Below are positions 30,258 through 40,979 of a stretch of DNA of 64,000 nucleotides, one piece after another (the first letter of the stretch is position 1; every line of letters begins with the position of its first letter). The translations under genes and the position numbers were made by a program. The notes under the pieces were generated by a model. That model saw nothing but the letters and a program-made list of their open reading frames with translations, searched no databases and was not told the DNA's origin. The stretch is from Bryobacterales bacterium (GTDB lineage Bacteria; Acidobacteriota; Terriglobia; Bryobacterales; UBA6623): NCBI GenBank assembly GCA_963422375.2, contig OY729428.2, positions 2,624,001 through 2,688,000 on the forward strand, read 5' to 3'.

Positions 30258-30923
30258 TCAGACGGCCCTCAGTAGATCGGGGAAGTCGTGGCGCGAGCTG
30301 TTGACTGCGCGGCCGACGCGTCGGCACTCGAACGGCCCGGCGACCGGCGACCGGACCAATTCAAGGAGCTCCCCGCGCGGCGCCGCCGGGTCGAGCCACT
30401 CCCGGTACCTCTCCTTGGCAATGATCGACGGCTGCCTTTCGTGAACGTAGCGCAACGCGTCCGAGGCCGGGCACGTGAGGATGACGAAGGAGGATACCGG
30501 CCCCGCTCCCTTGTCCCAGACCTCCCAAAGGCCGGCGAATGAGAACGGCCCCCCTTCCGGCGAGATCCACCACGGCTGCTTGCCGGATTCGTCCCGCTGC
30601 CACTCGAACCAGCCGCTGGCGGGGACGAGACAGCGGCGGCGCCGGAAGGCGCTGCGAAAGGACGGCTTGGAGTCGACGGTCTCGGAGCGGGCGTTAATCA
30701 TGCGGGCGCCGATCTTGGGATCCCGGGCCCACGAGGGAATGAGGCCCCAGCGATGGATGGCAATCTCGCGCCCGCCCGAGACGTTCAGCCTACAGAGGGC
30801 GAACTCTTGGGTCGGCGACCCGTTCCAGCGCCTCTTCGGAGCGGGCACCCCGGATTCACCGCTCAGGCTGTATAGGTCGTCGAGATCGCTCTCGTCAATG
30901 TCCTGAGTGAATCGGCCGCACAT
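30258..30923 (-). CDS. SOS response-associated peptidase (SRAP, YedK/HMCES family)
   Basis: MCGRF N-terminus (Cys2), RWGLIPSW, INARSET, RRCLVPASGWFEW, FAGLWE, HERQP. Confidence 0.95.
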   Translation of the reverse strand: MCGRFTQDIDESDLDDLYSLSGESGVPAPKRRWNGSPTQEFALCRLNVSGGREIAIHRWGLIPSWARDPKIGARMINARSETVDSKPSFRSAFRRRRCLVPASGWFEWQRDESGKQPWWISPEGGPFSFAGLWEVWDKGAGPVSSFVILTCPASDALRYVHERQPSIIAKERYREWLDPAAPRGELLELVRSPVAGPFECRRVGRAVNSSRHDFPDLLRAV

Positions 30924-31133
30924 GGATACAGAATACAGCCCGCGGCACGGCAACCGAACGGCGCGAAGCGCGTCCGGGACGGGCCCGCGCGGCAGCAATA
31001 TCGGCGCCGTGCTTAAGTGAGAGGGGGGGCGTCGTGCCTGCCACGCGCCCGGCGCGACGGGTTAACGGTTTCGCCTGCCCGCGCGTCTAACTGGCAGACA
31101 GCCGCGCCCGCCGGGAAGCATGTCGCCACATCG

Positions 31134-32345
31134 ATGAGCACTCGAATCAAGGCCTACATCTTTCTGCTGGCCGCCGTCCTGCTGTGCGGCGGGGGCTACT
31201 TCGTCTCCGGCATGCTCAGGTCGGACAGCGACGCCGCGAGGGATGCGGCCAAGAGCGAAGAGGCAGCCGACGACGAGGCGATTCCGGTTGCGGTCGAGAC
31301 CGCCGCGCTCGGTCCCATCACGCGCTCGCTGACTTCCACGGCCAATCTCCGCGCCCGGCGCGAGGTCGCCGTGGCGACCCGGGCGGCGGGCATCGTGACC
31401 GCCGTCCGCGCGGAGGAAGGCGACTACGTGGCGGCGGGCGACCTGCTCTGCTCGCTGGACGACCGCGAATTGCGCATCGACTTGGAACTGGCGCGACAGC
31501 GCCTCGCCCAGACCCGGATCCAGTTCGAGGCGGCCGGCATCCGCACCGAGCAAACGTCCACCAAGCTGGGCAACAAGCGCGTCGAACTCGAACGGAACGA
31601 GGAGGCGCTGGCCCAGGGCCTGCTCGCGGATTCGGAAGTGGCCGTCCAGAGACACGAGATCCAGGACCTCGAGCACGAGCTGCGGGCCGTCGAATCCACC
31701 GTCCGGGAGACGCGGCATCGGATCGACGAACTGGAGTCCGAGATCGAGAGAGCCAAGCTGATGATTTCCCAGACTTCCGTCACGGCTCCGTTCGGCGGGC
31801 GCATCACCGAGCGGACGGTAGAGCTGGGCCAGTCCGTGCGGGTCGCGGACCAGCTTTTCAAGCTGGGTTCGTTCAGTCCGCTCTACGCCGACATCTTCCT
31901 GCCCGAACTGGATTCGCGCGAGGCGCGTCCCGGCCAGAAGGTGAATATCCGCGTGGGGGCGGGCGAGGTCGAGTCAGTCGCGGGCGAGGTCGAGCGGGTT
32001 AGCCCCGTGGTCGACGAGGCGACCGGGACGGTCAAGATCACCGCGCGATTCGAGCCTCCCAGCGGCGCGTTCCGGCCCGGAGCCTTCGTCCGGGTGGAGC
32101 TCGAGACGGACACTCGGCGCGACGCGGTGTTGATTCCGAAGCAGGCCGTGATCGAAGAGGACGGCGATTCGTACGTCGTGCTGGTGGGAGAGGAAGGCGT
32201 CGCCCGCCGCAAGGCAGTCCAGCTGGGCTACCAGAGCGACGTCGCGATCGAAGTCCTCGCCGGAGTGTCCGTCGGCGAGAGCGTGGTGGTCGCCGGCCAG
32301 GGGAAGCTCAAGGACGGCGATCAGACGCGGGTGATCGCCGAATAG
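31134..32345 (+). CDS. RND efflux periplasmic adaptor subunit
   Basis: N-terminal TM; GIVTAVRAEEGDYV, long helical hairpin, VTAPFGGRI, SPVVDEATGT, RPGAFV, LIPKQAV. Confidence 0.92.
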   Translation: MSTRIKAYIFLLAAVLLCGGGYFVSGMLRSDSDAARDAAKSEEAADDEAIPVAVETAALGPITRSLTSTANLRARREVAVATRAAGIVTAVRAEEGDYVAAGDLLCSLDDRELRIDLELARQRLAQTRIQFEAAGIRTEQTSTKLGNKRVELERNEEALAQGLLADSEVAVQRHEIQDLEHELRAVESTVRETRHRIDELESEIERAKLMISQTSVTAPFGGRITERTVELGQSVRVADQLFKLGSFSPLYADIFLPELDSREARPGQKVNIRVGAGEVESVAGEVERVSPVVDEATGTVKITARFEPPSGAFRPGAFVRVELETDTRRDAVLIPKQAVIEEDGDSYVVLVGEEGVARRKAVQLGYQSDVAIEVLAGVSVGESVVVAGQGKLKDGDQTRVIAE

Positions 32346-32394
32346 CCTCCCGCGCGGAGGATTCGTCGCCGGCTAGACCGCAGAAGGGCACCCC

Positions 32395-35300
32395 GTGCAG
32401 ATCACCCGGATAGCGATCCGCCGGCCGGTAACGGTGTTCATGGCCGTGAGCGCCGTCGCGCTGTTCGGCAGCGTCTCTCTCAACCGGCTGGCGCTGAACC
32501 TCCTGCCGGAGATTTCCTACCCCTCCCTGACCATCCAGACCGACTACGAGGACGCCGCTCCCGAGGAAATCGAGTCGCTGATCACGCGCCCGGTCGAAGA
32601 GGCGGTGGGGATCGTGCCGGGCCTGAACAGGATCAGCTCGGTCTCGCGCCCGGGGCAGTCCGAGGTTGTCCTGGAGTTCACCTGGGACACCGCGATGGAC
32701 CTGGCGAGCATCGAGGTGCGGGAGAAGCTGGACCTGATCGAGCTGCCCCGCGACGTGCGCCGACCGGTGATCCTGCGCTTCGACCCGTCGAACGATCCCA
32801 TCCTGCGCGTGCAGGTTCACGGCGAGCTGTCGCTGGCGAGGCTCCGCGACCTGGCCGAGCGCGAGTTCAAGAAGCGCCTGGAGTCCATCCGCGGAGTGGC
32901 GGCCGTGAAGGTCGTGGGCGGTCGCGAGGAGCAGATCCGCATCGAGATCGACGAGCGCCGGGTGGCGGAACTCGGCATCCCGATCACCCGCGTCACCGAG
33001 ACCCTGCGCCAAGAGAACCTCAATCAAGCCAGTGGCAGCCTCTACGACCTCGACATGAACTACATGGTGCGGATGGTCAACGAGTTCCGCACGGTCGAGG
33101 AGGTCCGCGGAATCGTCATCGCGGACCAGGCGGGCCGCCAGGTCCTCCTGCGGGACATCGCCCGGGTCTGGCGCGGCTCGAAGGAGCGCGACATCATCGC
33201 CCGCTTCAACGGCAGCGAGAGCGTCGAGATGGCCGTCTACAAGGAGGGCGACGCCAATACCGTGACGGTCTCGCGCGCGGTCTCCAGCCAGCTCGACGCG
33301 ATGAAGGAGGAGCCCACCTACCCGAACGGCGTGGAGACCTCCGTCGTGTTCGACCAAGCGCGGTTCATCGTCGAGAGCGTGAACAACGTGCTGTCCGCGG
33401 CGATCGTGGGAGGCGTATTGGCGACGCTCGTCCTGTTCCTGTTCCTGCGCGACGGACGCAGCACGGCGATCATCGCCGCCTCGATCCCGATCTCGGTCAT
33501 GGCGACGTTCGCCGCGATGTACCAGGCGGACATCACGCTGAACATCATGTCGCTCGGCGGCGTCGCGCTCGGCATCGGCATGCTGGTCGACAACTCCATC
33601 GTGGTCCTCGAAGCGGTCCACCGGCACCGCGGGCCCGGCATCGGGCTGGCCGAGGCGGTCTACGCGGGCGCGTCCGAGGTGGCGATGCCCGTGACAGCGT
33701 CGACGCTGACAACCGTGGCCGTGTTCCTGCCGCTGGTGTTCGTCGAGGGCATCGCGGGCCAGCTGTTCCGCGACCAAGCGCTGACGATCACGTTCTCGCT
33801 GCTGGCATCGCTGGCCGTGGCGCTCACGGTCATTCCGACTCTGCTGTCCGCGCGGATCCGAACGGCCGCCGAGCTCGGGGCCGGGGAGGCGCACCCTCCC
33901 CCGGCCCGGTCCCGCAGCCGCCTCCTGCGAGCCGCCCTGCGCGGGCTGCGGTTCGCGACCAGCGACACCCCGCGGGTCGTGATTGCCGACGCCAAGCGGC
34001 TGCTGCGGGGCGCCTCCGCCGGCCTCGGGCGCCTTCTGCGGCCCTTGTTCGAGCGATTCGACACCGCCTTCGAGCGAACGGTCGGCCGCTACGCGGACCT
34101 TCTGGAAGCGGCCTTGGACAACAAGCCCGCAGTCTTCGCGGCTGTGCTCGGCTGCGTGGCCGCGGCCGCGCTGCTGGCGGGCCTCCTCGGAGCGGAGCTC
34201 GTCCCGCCCCTGACGCAAGGCGAGTTCTCGTTCAAGGTCAGCCTGCCGCAGGGTCGCCCGCTGGAGGCCACGGACCGAGCGATGCGGCGGGTCGAGGAGG
34301 AGGCGCTGGCCATTCCCGGCGTCGCGACCGTCTTCGCCAGCATCGGCGGCAGCCAAGAGAGCCAGTTCGCGAGCGGCGACCTCGAGGAGCATCTCGGCAG
34401 GCTCCACCTCGTGATGGAAGATCCCAACGACAAGGCCGCCGAGGAGCGCGCCATCGCCGGAATCCGCGACGCGATCGCACGCATTCCAGAGGCCGAGCAG
34501 CAGTTCGAGCGCCCGACCCTGTTCAGCTTCAAGACCCCGGCCGAGGTGGAGATCTTCGCCTACGATCTGGGCGACCTGCGCTCCGCGGCCGACGTCATCG
34601 CCGAGCGCATGGCGCGCATCCAGGGCCTGCGCGACGTCGAGACCACCACCCGCCTCGGCAGCCCGGAAATCCAAGTTCGGTTCGACCGGCGGCGCCTGAC
34701 CAACCTGGGACTCCAGGAGGACCAGGTGGCACGCACGCTCCGCAATAAGATCCGCGGCGACGTCGCGTCGCGGTACCGCGAAGGCGACCGGCAGATCGAC
34801 ATCCTCGTGCGCGTGGAGGAGCCCGACCGCGACGCCGTGGCGGACATCGAGAGCATGGTGATCAACAGTTCGCCGTGGCGCACCGGGATGGTCGCCGAGC
34901 AGGGTGCATCCGAGGGCGAGGGCGTCGCGGACGACGGTGCCGCTGGCGCCGGCCAGCGCCAGCCCTTCGTCCCGGTGCGCCTAGGCCAGGTCGCAAGCGT
35001 GGACGTGCGTCAAGGGCCGGCGGAAATCCGGCGCATCCGCTCCCAGCGCGCGGCGGTCGTCCGGGCGAATCTGAGCGGCCGGGACCTGCGCAGCGCTTCC
35101 ACCGACATCCGCGCCGCGCTGGACGAGATCGGGGGCGACCTGCCGGTCGCGGCGACGGCGGCCCTCGGAGGCCAGAACCAAGAGCTCGAGGTGTCGTACC
35201 GAAGTCTCGGATTCGCGCTGGCCCTCGCGATCTTCCTTGTCTACCTAGTCATGGCGTCGCAGTTCGAGTCCCTGCTGCACCCCTTCGTGATCCTGCTGAC

Positions 35301-35769
35301 CGTGCCGCTCGGCATGGCGGGGGTGGTGTTCGCGCTGGCCCTGACAGGCACGGACCTGAGCGTGGTGGTGCTACTCGGGGCGATCGTGCTGGCGGGCATC
35401 GCCGTCAACAACGCGATCGTGCTGGTGGACTTCACGAACCGCCTGCGTGCCGACGGCATGGCGAAGCGAGCCGCCATCCTCCGCGCCGGCCGAGTGCGCC
35501 TGCGCCCGATCCTCATGACCTCGCTGACGACCCTGCTCGGCCTCGCGCCGATGGCCTTCGGCTGGGGCGAGGGGGACGAGGTGCGGGCCCCGATGGCGAT
35601 CGCGGTGATCGGCGGCCTGGTCGCCTGCACCCCTCTGACGCTCATCGTGATCCCGGTGGTCTACGACCTCCTCGATCGCGGGCGCGTCGCGCAGCGGGAG
35701 GCGCGGCCGGCGGGCAGCGATCGCTCCCGCCCGCTGGGCGACGGACTCGACCCGCTGGCGCAGCACTGA
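32395..35769 (+). CDS. RND efflux permease (AcrB/D/F family), subunit 1
   Basis: AIRRPVT, LNIMSLGG..LGIGMLVDNSIVVLE, STLTTVAVFLP, VNNAIVLVD, RLRPILMT. Confidence 0.95.
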   Translation: MQITRIAIRRPVTVFMAVSAVALFGSVSLNRLALNLLPEISYPSLTIQTDYEDAAPEEIESLITRPVEEAVGIVPGLNRISSVSRPGQSEVVLEFTWDTAMDLASIEVREKLDLIELPRDVRRPVILRFDPSNDPILRVQVHGELSLARLRDLAEREFKKRLESIRGVAAVKVVGGREEQIRIEIDERRVAELGIPITRVTETLRQENLNQASGSLYDLDMNYMVRMVNEFRTVEEVRGIVIADQAGRQVLLRDIARVWRGSKERDIIARFNGSESVEMAVYKEGDANTVTVSRAVSSQLDAMKEEPTYPNGVETSVVFDQARFIVESVNNVLSAAIVGGVLATLVLFLFLRDGRSTAIIAASIPISVMATFAAMYQADITLNIMSLGGVALGIGMLVDNSIVVLEAVHRHRGPGIGLAEAVYAGASEVAMPVTASTLTTVAVFLPLVFVEGIAGQLFRDQALTITFSLLASLAVALTVIPTLLSARIRTAAELGAGEAHPPPARSRSRLLRAALRGLRFATSDTPRVVIADAKRLLRGASAGLGRLLRPLFERFDTAFERTVGRYADLLEAALDNKPAVFAAVLGCVAAAALLAGLLGAELVPPLTQGEFSFKVSLPQGRPLEATDRAMRRVEEEALAIPGVATVFASIGGSQESQFASGDLEEHLGRLHLVMEDPNDKAAEERAIAGIRDAIARIPEAEQQFERPTLFSFKTPAEVEIFAYDLGDLRSAADVIAERMARIQGLRDVETTTRLGSPEIQVRFDRRRLTNLGLQEDQVARTLRNKIRGDVASRYREGDRQIDILVRVEEPDRDAVADIESMVINSSPWRTGMVAEQGASEGEGVADDGAAGAGQRQPFVPVRLGQVASVDVRQGPAEIRRIRSQRAAVVRANLSGRDLRSASTDIRAALDEIGGDLPVAATAALGGQNQELEVSYRSLGFALALAIFLVYLVMASQFESLLHPFVILLTVPLGMAGVVFALALTGTDLSVVVLLGAIVLAGIAVNNAIVLVDFTNRLRADGMAKRAAILRAGRVRLRPILMTSLTTLLGLAPMAFGWGEGDEVRAPMAIAVIGGLVACTPLTLIVIPVVYDLLDRGRVAQREARPAGSDRSRPLGDGLDPLAQH

Positions 35770-35770
35770 C

Positions 35771-38700
35771 ATGGACACGACTTCCCGCGAGCCCGGCGGC
35801 GAGTTCGCCGGATCGGGCCAGCGCATCGCGGCGTTCGCCATCGGCCGGCCGGTGACGGTCTGCATGCTGTTCGTGTCGATTGTCGTGATGGGCGTGATCG
35901 CGGTCCAGCGCATCCCGCTGATGCTCATGCCGAGCCTCGACGCGCCGTTCCTGTTCGTCAGGGCGGACTATTTCAACGCGACGCCCGGGCAGGTTCTCGA
36001 CTCGATCACCAAGCCGGTCGAGGAGGCGCTGGCCACCGTTCCGGGCGTGCAGCGGATGAGCTCGCGGTCGACCGCAAACGGGATGACCCTGCAGGCGTGG
36101 ACCGGGATGGGCGCCGACACTTCCCTGATTCGGTCGGAAGTGCGCGAAAAGATCGAGCAGGTCCGCGGCGACCTCCCGGAAGACCTGCGCCAAGTGGCGA
36201 TCTTCAACTTCTCCACCGACGAGATTCCCATTCTGGAGGGCACGCTGATCGCCGATCGGGACCTGCGGCGCGAGTTCGAGTTCCTTGACGCGCGGGTCAA
36301 GAAGCCTCTGGAGCGGATTCCGGGCGTCGGCAACGTCGATCTCTGGGGCGCCGACCGGAGGCAGGTGGAGATCTACCTGCGCCTAGACGACATCAAGCGC
36401 TACGGCGTGGATGTCGGCCGGCTGTTCCAGTCCATCGACGGCTCGAATCTCGACCTGTCGCTCGGACGAATCTCGGACGGCGGGCAGCGCTATTCGGCCG
36501 TCGTCAAGGGAGCGCTGCAATCGGTCGACGAGATCGCCCGCTACCCGATAGGCCAGCAGAGCCTGGTTCTCGCGGACGTCGCGGACGTGTTCCTGGACCA
36601 GAGGCCCCGCAACCAAGGGCGCCACCACAACGGAGCGAATGCGGTGGGGCTCGCGATTCAGAAGACCTCCGAAGCCAACACCGTCGAGGTGGTCGACCGA
36701 GTGATGGCGGCCTTCAAAGAGTGGCGGGACGACCCCGCCATGGACGGGCTGGAGGTGCGCTGGTGGCACGACTCGGCGAAGGAGATCCGCAGCGGGTTGG
36801 GGGAGCTGCTCAAGGCGGGAGGAATCGGAGCGGTGCTGGCCATCACCGTGCTGCTGGCGTTCCTGCGCCGCCTCGACGCGAGCCTCGCGATCGGACTCGC
36901 GATTCCGTTCTCCGTGCTGACCGCGGTCGGCTTCCTGTATTTCCAGGGCGGCACGCTCAACGTCCTGTCGATGATGGGCCTGATGCTGGCGGCCGGAATG
37001 CTGGTCGACAACGCCGTCGTGGTGCTCGAAGCCATCTTCCAGAAGCACGAGCAGGGCGAGCCCGCCGAGCGGGCGGCCCGCCGAGGCGCCGGGGAAGTCA
37101 CGGTCGCAGTGATCGCCGCGACCTCGACAACGATGATCATCTTCGTCCCGCTGCTGTTCGATTCCGACTCCCCCATCGCGATCATGCTCTCGCACGTGGG
37201 CATCTCGATCATCTTCGCCCTGCTATGCTCGCTCTTCATCTCCCTGACCCTGATACCGCTGGCGTGCGCGCGATTCCTGCGGGGCGGCGGCCGGGCGGTT
37301 AGTGCGCTGCCCGGCCGGCTCGAGTCGCTCGGCTCGAGGCTGCGGCCGCTCGCGGAGCGGGCCTCCATCCGCACGCTTGCCGACCGGTACGCCGCGCTTG
37401 TCCGCTGGCACCTGGACCGGCGCTACGCGGTCGGGCTGGCGGCGGTTCCGGCGCTGCTGGGCCTCTCGATCTTCGCGTTGGTGGAGGTCGTCCCCGACAA
37501 CGAGCCGAACGAGGGCGCGGGCTCGTCGCTGCGGATCGAGTACGAGTTCTCGGAGCACTACCACTACGCCAAGATCGAGCGCGACTACGTCAACCCCGTG
37601 GAGCGGTTCCTGCACGAGAGCAAGGACCGCTTCAAGATCTCCTCGACCACTAGCCAGTTCGGCAACAACTGGGCGTGGACGCGCGCCTACCTAGACGCGG
37701 ACAAGGTGGCCGTCGGGGATGTCGGGGATATCCGGGCCGGCATCAACGACGGCCTGCCGGTCATCCCGGGCGCCAAGATCTCGCTCGGACAGGAGGGGGG
37801 CGGCGACCGCAACTGGATCAACGCCAACATCTACGGCGACGACCCGGCGGTCCTGTGGGCACTCGCCGAGAGGGCCCGCGACGCGCTGAGCAAGACGGAG
37901 GGATTCGGCGAGACCTTCTCGGCGGCCTCGGGAGATAGCGGCGAGTTGCAAATCCGCCTGCGACGCGAGACGGCTCGCAAGTACAACGTCTCGCCGCGCA
38001 CGGTGGCCCAGCTGCTGGGGATCACGGTGCGCACGCAGCGGATGCGGAGCTACCGCACGGCCGAAGGCGAGGTCGAACTGTGGATGGGAATCGACCCGTC
38101 CGACATGCAGAGCGTGGATGATCTGAAGTCCGTCGTGGTCGGGGGCGGGCCAAGCGGCGAGCCGGTCCTCCTAGGCCACGTGGCGGACGTCCGTCTCAGC
38201 AAGGCCCCTCGCCGCATCAATCGGGAGAACCGGCGCACCTTCACGGAGCTGCACGCGGCGTACGAAGGGGACAAGGCGGGAGACGGCCGGGAAAAAGTCG
38301 CCAAAGTTCTCGACAGCCTGCCCTTCGAGAGCGGCTACGGCTGGAGCTTCGGATTCTTCACCCGCCAGCAGGACGCGGACGTGGAGGATTTCCTGTTCAA
38401 CATGGTGCTGGCGTTCGTGATGGTGTACATCGTGACGGCCTCGCTGTTCGAATCGATGCTGCACCCGTTCGCCATCATGCTGGCCCTGCCGTTCTCGGTG
38501 GTCGGCATCGTCCTGCTGCTGACGATCACGGGCACGCCCTTCAGCGCGATGGCGCAGATCGGCATCATCATCCTGATCGGGATCGCCGTCAACAACGGCA
38601 TCGTGCTCATCAACCACGTCAACAACCTGCGCCGCCTCGGCATGCCCCGGCAGGAGGCGATCCTTCGCGGCTGCGAGGAGCGGTTCCGTCCGATCTGCAT

Positions 38701-38941
38701 GACTGCCCTGACCACGATCGTGGGGCTGCTGCCGCTAGCGTGGGGCGATTCCGGCCTGATGGGCATGAGCTACTACCCCCTCGCGCGCACGGTAATCGGG
38801 GGACTCCTCGCCTCGACGGCGCTGACGCTGCTGGTGCTGCCCACCTACTACGTCATCCTCGACGACTTCGGACGATGGTGGCGGGGCATCTGGGTGGGGG
38901 CCCGCACGTCCTCGGCGCCGGAACCGGCCGCGGGCGACTGA
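35771..38941 (+). CDS. RND efflux permease (AcrB/D/F family), subunit 2
   Basis: AIGRPVT, LNVLSMMG..GMLVDNAVVVLE, VNNGIVLI, RFRPICMT; starts 1 bp after the first permease. Confidence 0.95.
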   Translation: MDTTSREPGGEFAGSGQRIAAFAIGRPVTVCMLFVSIVVMGVIAVQRIPLMLMPSLDAPFLFVRADYFNATPGQVLDSITKPVEEALATVPGVQRMSSRSTANGMTLQAWTGMGADTSLIRSEVREKIEQVRGDLPEDLRQVAIFNFSTDEIPILEGTLIADRDLRREFEFLDARVKKPLERIPGVGNVDLWGADRRQVEIYLRLDDIKRYGVDVGRLFQSIDGSNLDLSLGRISDGGQRYSAVVKGALQSVDEIARYPIGQQSLVLADVADVFLDQRPRNQGRHHNGANAVGLAIQKTSEANTVEVVDRVMAAFKEWRDDPAMDGLEVRWWHDSAKEIRSGLGELLKAGGIGAVLAITVLLAFLRRLDASLAIGLAIPFSVLTAVGFLYFQGGTLNVLSMMGLMLAAGMLVDNAVVVLEAIFQKHEQGEPAERAARRGAGEVTVAVIAATSTTMIIFVPLLFDSDSPIAIMLSHVGISIIFALLCSLFISLTLIPLACARFLRGGGRAVSALPGRLESLGSRLRPLAERASIRTLADRYAALVRWHLDRRYAVGLAAVPALLGLSIFALVEVVPDNEPNEGAGSSLRIEYEFSEHYHYAKIERDYVNPVERFLHESKDRFKISSTTSQFGNNWAWTRAYLDADKVAVGDVGDIRAGINDGLPVIPGAKISLGQEGGGDRNWINANIYGDDPAVLWALAERARDALSKTEGFGETFSAASGDSGELQIRLRRETARKYNVSPRTVAQLLGITVRTQRMRSYRTAEGEVELWMGIDPSDMQSVDDLKSVVVGGGPSGEPVLLGHVADVRLSKAPRRINRENRRTFTELHAAYEGDKAGDGREKVAKVLDSLPFESGYGWSFGFFTRQQDADVEDFLFNMVLAFVMVYIVTASLFESMLHPFAIMLALPFSVVGIVLLLTITGTPFSAMAQIGIIILIGIAVNNGIVLINHVNNLRRLGMPRQEAILRGCEERFRPICMTALTTIVGLLPLAWGDSGLMGMSYYPLARTVIGGLLASTALTLLVLPTYYVILDDFGRWWRGIWVGARTSSAPEPAAGD

Positions 38942-39112
38942 GAAGCGCGGCGCCCGTCCGCTCGATTCGCAGCCGCTCCGACTCCACACCCACCGGTCGA
39001 CGCCAAGCGCATAGCAGGATTGCGACAATCTGGAGTGCGGCTTGGCCGAGCGGACCCGGTGACAGCAGGTCTCGCTGAGGCGGCTGCCGATCAAAGCGCA
39101 GGGAGGGTCGCA

Positions 39113-39388
39113 GTGAGGATTTCAGCAGTAGCATTCGGAACGGCTATCGCGGTCATATGGGGAGCCGCCTTCTGCGTGATGGGAGCTCTTCACGCCGCGT
39201 TCCCCAGCTACGGCGCCGAGTTCTTCCAGCTCATGGGCTCGATCTACCCGGGCATGACGAGCTTGGGGCCGGTCTCCACCATCCTGCTGGGCGTGGCGTA
39301 CGGATTGGCCGACGGGTTTCTGTTCGGATACCTAGTGGCGCGGCTCTACAATCTCGCCGCCGACAGGATTCACCGGCGGTCGAGCTGA
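39113..39388 (+). CDS. Small two-helix membrane protein
   Basis: AGGGAGGG then GTG; two hydrophobic segments; SIYPG and YGLADGFLFGYLVARLYN. Confidence 0.7.
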   Translation: MRISAVAFGTAIAVIWGAAFCVMGALHAAFPSYGAEFFQLMGSIYPGMTSLGPVSTILLGVAYGLADGFLFGYLVARLYNLAADRIHRRSS

Positions 39389-39485
39389 CAACACGGAGGG
39401 CGCCGACCACGCTGCCCTGCCGCGGGCGGGACGCTCGGCCGATCAAGGCTCGTTCTAGCGGTGCGCCAGCGCAGGCTGCGCACGC

Positions 39486-40979
39486 CTACTCCCTCTGCGG
39501 CAGCTCCGTGACCGCCGAGGCGAGGAATTCGAGAATCGCCGACGCGACCTCCGGGCTGGACGAGGCGACATCGGTCTCCTCTCCGGGGTCCGCGCTCAGG
39601 TCGAACAGTTCCAGCGGCTCGTCCGGGCCCTCGCGCACGGCCTTCCACCTGCCCCACCGGACCGCTTCGGCATTCCCCGGGGTGCCGCCCCAGTAGAGAA
39701 ACCGCTCCGCAAGGCCGGAGGCACGGCCGAGCAGCACCGGCGCTACGCTCACGCCGTCGATGCGGTCGGGCGCGTCGAAACCCACGATCTCCGCGACCGT
39801 CGGGAGGAAATCCGCGAAATACCACACCGCTTCGCTCACGGATCCCGCCGGGACGCGCCCCGGCCAGCGGGCGATCATCGGCACGCGGATCCCGCCGTCG
39901 TGCAGCGATCGCTTGTAGCCCTGCAGCGGGCCGTTCGAGTCGAAGAAGAACGGGTCGTTGCCTCCCTCCCGGTGCGGCCCGTTGTCGGAAGTGAAGAAGA
40001 CCAGTGTGCGCTCGTCAATCGCCAGCGCCTTCAGCGTCTCGAATAGCCGCCCGACTCCCTCGTCCATCCGGGTGATCATCGCGGCCGTCCCCTTCTGCGG
40101 ACCGGGCCAGTCCTCGTCGCGATAGATGCCCGCATCCGGCACCTCCATGCCGATGCGCTCGCGATGAGCGCCGAGGTCCCCCGTGACGTTGGCGATGCCC
40201 GGACTGCCTCCGCCATCGCGTCCGCCAGCTTCGTTATTCGCGTGCGGGATCGTCAGCGCAAGGTAGAGGAAGAACGGTCCTCCGGCGTTCGACCCGACCC
40301 ACTTCAACGCCTCCTCCACGAGGAGGTCGTGCGAGTAGTCGACGCGCTCCGTGGCGACCCCGCTCAGCCCATCGTGGCGCCCGGACGGAACTACTACGTT
40401 CCGCAACGGCACCCTCTCGCCATTGCGCATGAGGAATTCCGGATAGAAATTGTGGGCGTGACGCTGGCTGAGGTACCCGTAGAAGTAGTCGAAGCCCTGC
40501 CGCCAAGGCGCTCCCGGAGAGTCCTCCATGCCGAGGCCCCACTTCCCAATTAGCGCCGTTGCGTAACCGGAATCGCGAAGGAGATCCGCAACGGTCACGT
40601 CCTCGTACCACAAGCCGGAGGTGCCGTTCCTCCGGACGCGCGTGTGCCCGGTATGCTGGCCTGTCATCAAGACGCTGCGGGACGGCGCGCAAACGGTGAA
40701 TCCTGCGTAGGCGTTCGTGAACCGGATGCCCTCCGCTGCCATCCGGTCGAGGTGCGGCGTCATGATCCGCTGCTGGCCGTAGGAGCCTAGGTCGCCGTAG
40801 CCGAGATCGTCCGCAAGAATCCAGATGATGTTCGGCGGGCCGTCGCTGCGTTCCGGCCCGGCCCCGTATCCGGCGGACGGGAGCGCGACGACAAGGCACG
40901 CCACCCGAAGGCACGCCACCCGACGGATGGCCAGGGTGGCGCGTGAATCGGACGGCTGACGGAGACTTCCTTCGATCAT
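39486..40979 (-). CDS. Arylsulfatase (formylglycine-dependent)
   Basis: PNIIWILADDLGYGDL, CAPSRSVLMTG, IGKWGLG, TIPHAN, FTSDNG, GGIRVPMI, ELFDLSADPGE. Start uncertain. Confidence 0.93.
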   Translation of the reverse strand: MIEGSLRQPSDSRATLAIRRVACLRVACLVVALPSAGYGAGPERSDGPPNIIWILADDLGYGDLGSYGQQRIMTPHLDRMAAEGIRFTNAYAGFTVCAPSRSVLMTGQHTGHTRVRRNGTSGLWYEDVTVADLLRDSGYATALIGKWGLGMEDSPGAPWRQGFDYFYGYLSQRHAHNFYPEFLMRNGERVPLRNVVVPSGRHDGLSGVATERVDYSHDLLVEEALKWVGSNAGGPFFLYLALTIPHANNEAGGRDGGGSPGIANVTGDLGAHRERIGMEVPDAGIYRDEDWPGPQKGTAAMITRMDEGVGRLFETLKALAIDERTLVFFTSDNGPHREGGNDPFFFDSNGPLQGYKRSLHDGGIRVPMIARWPGRVPAGSVSEAVWYFADFLPTVAEIVGFDAPDRIDGVSVAPVLLGRASGLAERFLYWGGTPGNAEAVRWGRWKAVREGPDEPLELFDLSADPGEETDVASSSPEVASAILEFLASAVTELPQRE

